Shown one piece after another: positions 58,201 through 64,000 of a stretch of 64,000 nucleotides of DNA. The notes beneath the pieces are model-generated. The model saw only the letters and a list, made by a program, of their open reading frames with translations. It did not search any database and was not told the origin of the DNA. The position numbers were made by a program, and so were the translations under genes. Positions within the stretch are counted from its first letter, which is position 1; each line of letters opens with the position of its first letter. The stretch covers positions 21,638,001 to 21,702,000 of the forward strand of contig OZ024766.1 in assembly GCA_964016885.1 (NCBI GenBank), written 5' to 3'. The DNA comes from Eledone cirrhosa (Eukaryota).

Positions 58201-61200
58201 GCTTAAACAATAATATCTCTGATGGTCAAGACTCAAGCTTGACCTCGCTCAGTAACGGCTCAAATTTGACCAATGGTTTGAGCTTAAACAATGATATCTC
58301 TGATGGTCAAGACTCAAGCTTGACCTCGCTGCTCAGTAACGGCTCAAATTTGACCAATGGTTTGAGCTTAAACAATGATATCTCTGATGGTCAAGACTCA
58401 AGCTTGACCTCGCTGCTCAGTAACGGCTCAAATTTGACCAATGGTTTGAGCTTAAACAATGATATCTCTGATGGTCAAGACTCAAGCTTGACCTCGCTGC
58501 TCAGTAACGGCTCAAATTTGACCAATGGTTTGAGCTTAAACAATGATATCTCTGATGGTCAAGACTCAAGCTTGACCTCGCTGCTCAGTAACGGCTCAAA
58601 TTTGACCAATGGTTTGAGCTTAAACAATGATATATCTGATGGTCAAGACTCAAGCTTGACCTCGCTGCTCAGTAACGGCTCAAATTTGACCAATGGTTTG
58701 AGCTTAAACAATAATATCTCTGATGGTCAAGACTCAAGCTTGACCTCACACAGTAACGGCTCAAATTTGACCAATGGTTTGAGCTTAAACAATAATATCT
58801 CTGATGGTCAAGACTCAAGCTTGACCTCACTCAATAACGACTCAAATTTGACCAGTGGGTTAAACTCAAACAATAATATCTCTGATGATCAAAACTCAAG
58901 CATGACCTCACACAGTAACGGCTCAAATTTGAGCTTAAACAATATCTCTGATGGTCAAGACTCAAGCTTGACCTCGCTCAGTAACGGCTCAAATTTGACC
59001 AATGGTTTGAGCTTAAACAATGATATCTCTGATGGTCAAGACTCAAGCTTGACCTCGCTGCTCAGTAACGGCTCAAATTTGACCAATGGTTTGAGCTTAA
59101 ACAATGATATATCTGATGGTCAAGACTCAAGCTTGACCTCGCTGCTCAGTAACGGCTCAAATTTGACCAATGGTTTGAGCTTAAACAATGATATCTCTGA
59201 TGGTCAAGACTCAAGCTTGACCAATGCCTCTCCTGACACCAATGGTTTCAACTTTAACCATACTGTCTCCGATGGTCAAACTTCGGCCACAAATGCCAAT
59301 CCCGGAAATTCCGTAAGGGTCGCGTCGGACGTACCTCAATTTGAAAAGAAACGGCCATCACCATCATCATCATCATCATCGTCATCGTCTTGGTCATCAG
59401 CAGCAGCAGCTCAGTGTTTGATGATGATGTCATCGACACCGCCACCACCACCATCATCACCATCATCATTACCAAAATCACCATCATCGCCATCATTGCA
59501 TCCACTGCCATCACCACCATCACCACCATTACCAATATCATCATCATCACCCTCACCATTGCAGGCGGCCCCTCTGTCAAAGAACTGTGAGTCTCTCCTG
59601 AAGCCAGGGGTCAGTTTTGTCCCTGTTCCAGACCAGGGTGCTGACCAGGGCCACACCACGGCTCTGTCCAATGTCCAGGGCCTCACTACAACTCTGTCCA
59701 GTGTCCAGGGCCACACCACGGCTCTGTCCTGTGTCCAGGGCCCTACTACAGCCACTGCAGCTCTGTCCATTGTCCAGGGCCTCACTACAACTCTGTCCAG
59801 TGTCCAGGGCCACACCACGGCTCTGTCCTGTGTCCAGGACCCTACTACAGTTCTGTGCAGTGTCGAGGGCCACACCACGGCTCTGTCCAGTGTCCAGGGC
59901 CACACCACGGCTCTGTCCTGTGTCCAGGGCCCTACTACAGTTCTGTCCAGTGTTGAGGGCCACACCACGGCTCTGTCCAGTGTCCAGGGCCACACCACGG
60001 CCCTGTCCTGTCCCCGAGAGAGACAGCAGGCCAAAATAGGTGGACTGAGTGACCCATCCGATCATGTGGACCCCAAAGAACGGCTAAATCCAGCAGGTGG
60101 CAGCAGCTGTAGTGATGGTGTTAAGGGTGAGAGTGGTGGGGTTGGTGTGATTGATGTAAATGATATAAAACAAGAGGTTTCTATGGAACAAGACCCACCC
60201 ATCGCTATGGGTAAGGACCCTGTGGTATGGGCCTCGTATTCATCTGAATCATTTCCGAACGGGGCTCCCTCAAGCAATGCTGTTACCCTAAACCAGGCTT
60301 TGGGATTTCTTTCGACTAATGCTCTTACCGATGAAGGGCTGAGAGATATTAATTTAAGGGTTCACACATCTGCTCTTGAGGAGGATGATGATCTGAAAAA
60401 TGTGGAATCCGGGTTGTGTTCCGCTGCCCTCGATGACGAAGGGCTTGAAAATGCCGACTCCAGGTTTCCCTCTGCCAACCCCAACGGCGATCTGAAACTC
60501 AGAAGCGTTGATCTGAAACCCAGGGTTGTTCACCTGCCGTATGAAAACCTTGGTGCGGCGACACCTGACCTGAAGGGTGTTAGCAACGTCGGCAACAACG
60601 TTGCTTCTGCTGCTGGATTTTACAACAGTATGGACCACCACCAACAACAACAACAACAACAACCAGCAGATTGTTACTACTACTGTAATGGAACTGAAAA
60701 TGTTAGAAAAGAGGGCTTTACAGTGATGACAAATAAACAGGCTGAAGTGGACTTTAGAAAAGAGGGCTTTACAGTGATGACAAATAAACAGGCTGAAGTG
60801 GACTTTAGAAAAGAGGGCTTTACAGTGATGACAAATAAACAGGCTGAAGTGGACTTTAGAAAAGAGGGCTTTACAGTGATGACAAATAAACAGGCTGAAG
60901 TGGACTTTAGAAAAGAGGGCTTTACAGTGATGACAAATAAACAGGCTGAAGTGGACTTTAGAAAAGAGGGCTTTACAGTGATGATGGACAAACAACTCAA
61001 TGACGAGGTTAGAAAAGAGAGTTTTACAGTAGTAACGGACAAACAGTTTGATGTGGAGCTGAAAAAAACGGACTTCACAGTGATGAGAGACAAACAGCCC
61101 GAGGTTGAGAAGGGCATGCAGGAATTCTTGCTGTTCGATGAGTTTGTTGAATTCCGCAACAATAACTATGTCTCAGAGAACTGCGGTGCTTCTCAGGACG

Positions 61201-63455
61201 GGGCTGTGGTGCGGAAGAGAAAAGCTAATGAAAACGTCATCTGTGTTTTCGATTCGGACTCCAGTACAGGGTCATCATTCTCCAACGACGATGAAAATCC
61301 CTCGATGACAGACTTGGCGGACATCTACCGAGAGACGAGAAAAAATTTGGGGTTCCCGGCTGTCGTCCCTGCCCCAAACACCACGTCGGCTGCCATGGCG
61401 ATGAACACCACGACTACAAACGCCACAGCAATGAACGCTGCTACTGCCACGCCGCTGGGCAAGGAAGCAGTGGAGCAATCTGAGGACCATCCAGTGAACG
61501 TGAAACTGGAGGAGGTGCCCGAGCAGCCGTTCACGAGTGAATTACCGGTATCGTCGGTGCTCGGGAGTCACGAAGGTGACTCGGAGTCGGCAAAGTTAGA
61601 CCCAGAGCCTCTTCTGTCACAGTGGGACCCGAATCAGAACGACGCCCAGTTCAGGGACGCGATACTGGACTTTGTCAGCTCCCTCAGTGGAGAAACCTTG
61701 CAGCTGCTGCTGAACAAGGGAGACAACTGGTGTGACGACGAACTGCTGTACCAGGCGGTGATGACCGCCTGTAAACCGTCTGACGTGGAAACCATCCCCG
61801 ACGGACCTACGCCCGACGTCCCCTCGGCAGAGGAGGTCGCTCGGGCGAGCGACACAGACGTGTATGGTGACCGCAAAGATCTGGTCACCCAAACATCTGC
61901 TGGCCTCTTTGAGAGACAGTCCCACATTTTAGTGGACCTAGCAAATGGCACCTTGACCGACAAATCTCACATCCTGCTGGACAGAGCTAATGGTGACCAA
62001 GCTGAGAGAATGTCCGATATTTTGGTGGACAGAGGAGGAAATAGCAGCTTGACCAATAAGAAATCTCACATCCTGGTGGACAGAGCAAATGGTCACTTGA
62101 CCGATACAAAATGCCACCTCGTGGTGGACCGAGAGGATGATACTGACCCCTTCGAAACCTATGGAAAATCCGAGGCTTTTGTTGGCCAAGGAGATGGTCA
62201 ACTAACTAAAGAAAATTCCCAGATTTTCACTGACCAAGGGTCAGCTGAATCCAGTGTGGCCGCCTGTTTAGATTACAGTCTTTTTTACCACACTGACCAA
62301 TACAGACCAGAGATTTCTGAAAAAGGGTCACAACAACAGTTGTCTTTCATGACTGCGAAGGGTATGAAATTCTCCGGACTCAACGAAGGTGTTGACCAGA
62401 GGGCGCTGTACCAGCAGGAGAGCAAGGCCCTGCAGGATGACCTCAGTCGGTCACTTCAACGACTCTCCCCTTTGTCTTTCCCCTCCCATCCTCACCTCGA
62501 GCAGCACAATAACAACAACAACAACGACAATATGGGATTTTTTCGTGAGAAACCCTTCATTAAAGTCGAACCGGATCTCGGTGTGACCGACTGCTCAGTC
62601 GTGTTGGCAGCCAATGTGAAAATCAAGACGGAGGACTTTTCCAGTTTTCCTTCTGAGGATGCTGTTGATTCTGCAGCTGCCCTTGCTAACGCCGACAACC
62701 TCTCTTCACTATCATTGCTGACAGCCAGTCAACTCGTTGGCCTCAACAACTTACTCCAAGGAACCCTGACCCTTAAAAACGGGGACCTGACCTTTGACAA
62801 CATCAAACATGACATTACTCGTTTCCCCGGCAATGCATACCCCGATCGGGTCATCAACAACGATGATGATGATGATTTCAACGCTCATCGAAAAATGATT
62901 TTTTCTGGAACTCCCTCCACGGGCCAGCGTGAAGCGACGTCTTCACTCGTTCCGCCATTCCCCACCACCTTGTCGTATTCTTCCCTTGTCCCCGCCGCAG
63001 GGGATCAAACAGCCAGCTACCACAGCACCCACTCGAATGCTCCATCTTCAACAGCCACTGTTGCGGATGGCAGTCGAACAGCCAGCTACCACAGCACCCA
63101 CTCGAATGCTCCATCCTCAACAGCCACCGTTGCGGATGGCAGTCGAGCGTTTGAGTTGAACGACCTTCTCGACCGCAATGCCGGCCTTTTCCTCTCCTCC
63201 CCACCGTACGCAGACGAGGGTCAGGCTGCAGCAGATGCTGTCGCCGACGCTATTGCACTCGCTTCTGCAGCGGGACGCGACTGCACACTTCCGTCGACCG
63301 AGCTTGAGAGCTGCAACGTCGACGGCGCAACTATGCATCTGTGGCTGCAACACCAACAACAACAACAACACCAACAACTAAACCAACAACAACAACAACA
63401 ACTACTACTACAACAACAACAACTAAATCAACAACAGCTGCTGCAATTACTACTA

Positions 63456-63495
<40 letters not shown>

Positions 63496-64000
63496 TGCAA
63501 CAAGATGAAAACGTGTCCGAAGCAGGGAACAGCATGATAGCCTCAGCATCACCGTTGTTGCCGATGGCAACGAGCTTGATACCGATCTTGAAGAGAAAAC
63601 TGCAGCTTCACCAACGTGTGGGAGGTGGTGGTGTTAGTGGTGCGGGTGGTGGTGGTGGTGGTAGTGTTAGTGGTATGGGTGGTGTTGGAGGTAGTGGTGG
63701 TGGTGGTGGTGTTAGTGGTATGGGTGCTGGTGTAGGTGGTATTAATAGCAGTGTCGGTGGTAGTATGGGTAGTGGTATGGGTGGAGGTAGTGTTACTGGT
63801 ATAGGTGGTGGCAGTGGCAGTGGTATGGGTGGTGGTAGTGTTAGTGGTATTAGCAGTATGGGTGGTGGTAGTGGTTTAGCTAGTAGTATTGGTAGTGGTT
63901 TAGGTGGTGGTATTAGCAGTATAGGTGGCGTTAGTGGTATTAACAGTATGGGAGGTGGTAGTGTTAGTGGTATTAGTGGTATGGGTGGTGGTAGTGTTAG
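49722..64000 (+). CDS. Giant uninterrupted C2H2 zinc-finger protein ORF, >=4759 codons, 3'-truncated by the window
   Basis: ATG 49722 is the first ATG after an in-frame TGA at 49668. MDSLTTSTAPGIECAPGG...[28 protein letters not shown]... I translated many segments without a stop, and no closed ORF in this frame is in the ORF track, as expected if it runs off the end. About 11 C2H2/C2HC fingers: 49800-50141 (4), ~51318-51386, ~51702-51851 (2), 54051-54287 (3), ~55398-55460. Confidence 0.92.

Noticed and set aside
49662-63570. Minus-strand and alternate-frame ORFs over the ZNF region
   Set aside because: Shadows of the GC-rich, repeat-rich plus-strand ORF; no recognisable domains.

Overview
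Eukaryotic, microsatellite-rich genomic DNA. The SINE and repeat style suggests an octopod cephalopod (inference). Nearly all listed ORFs are artefacts of simple repeats. I support two real protein-coding genes, arranged divergently. (1) A minus-strand GGA clathrin adaptor (VHS-GAT-hinge-GAE) rebuilt by hand as 17 GT-AG coding exons (36919 to 6097, 2544 nt, about 847 aa) with consistent phases. (2) A plus-strand C2H2 zinc-finger ORF starting at 49722 that is missing from the ORF track because it has no stop before the window end (at least 4759 codons in one uninterrupted frame). It carries a duplicated 3-finger module and several in-frame tandem repeats. Main hunt results: three diverged type I hammerhead ribozymes with a palindromic minimal stem III, all sense in GGA introns; duplicated GGA exon edges, two of which could splice in frame; a long intronic inverted repeat; and satellites born from MITE, SINE and LINE fragments.
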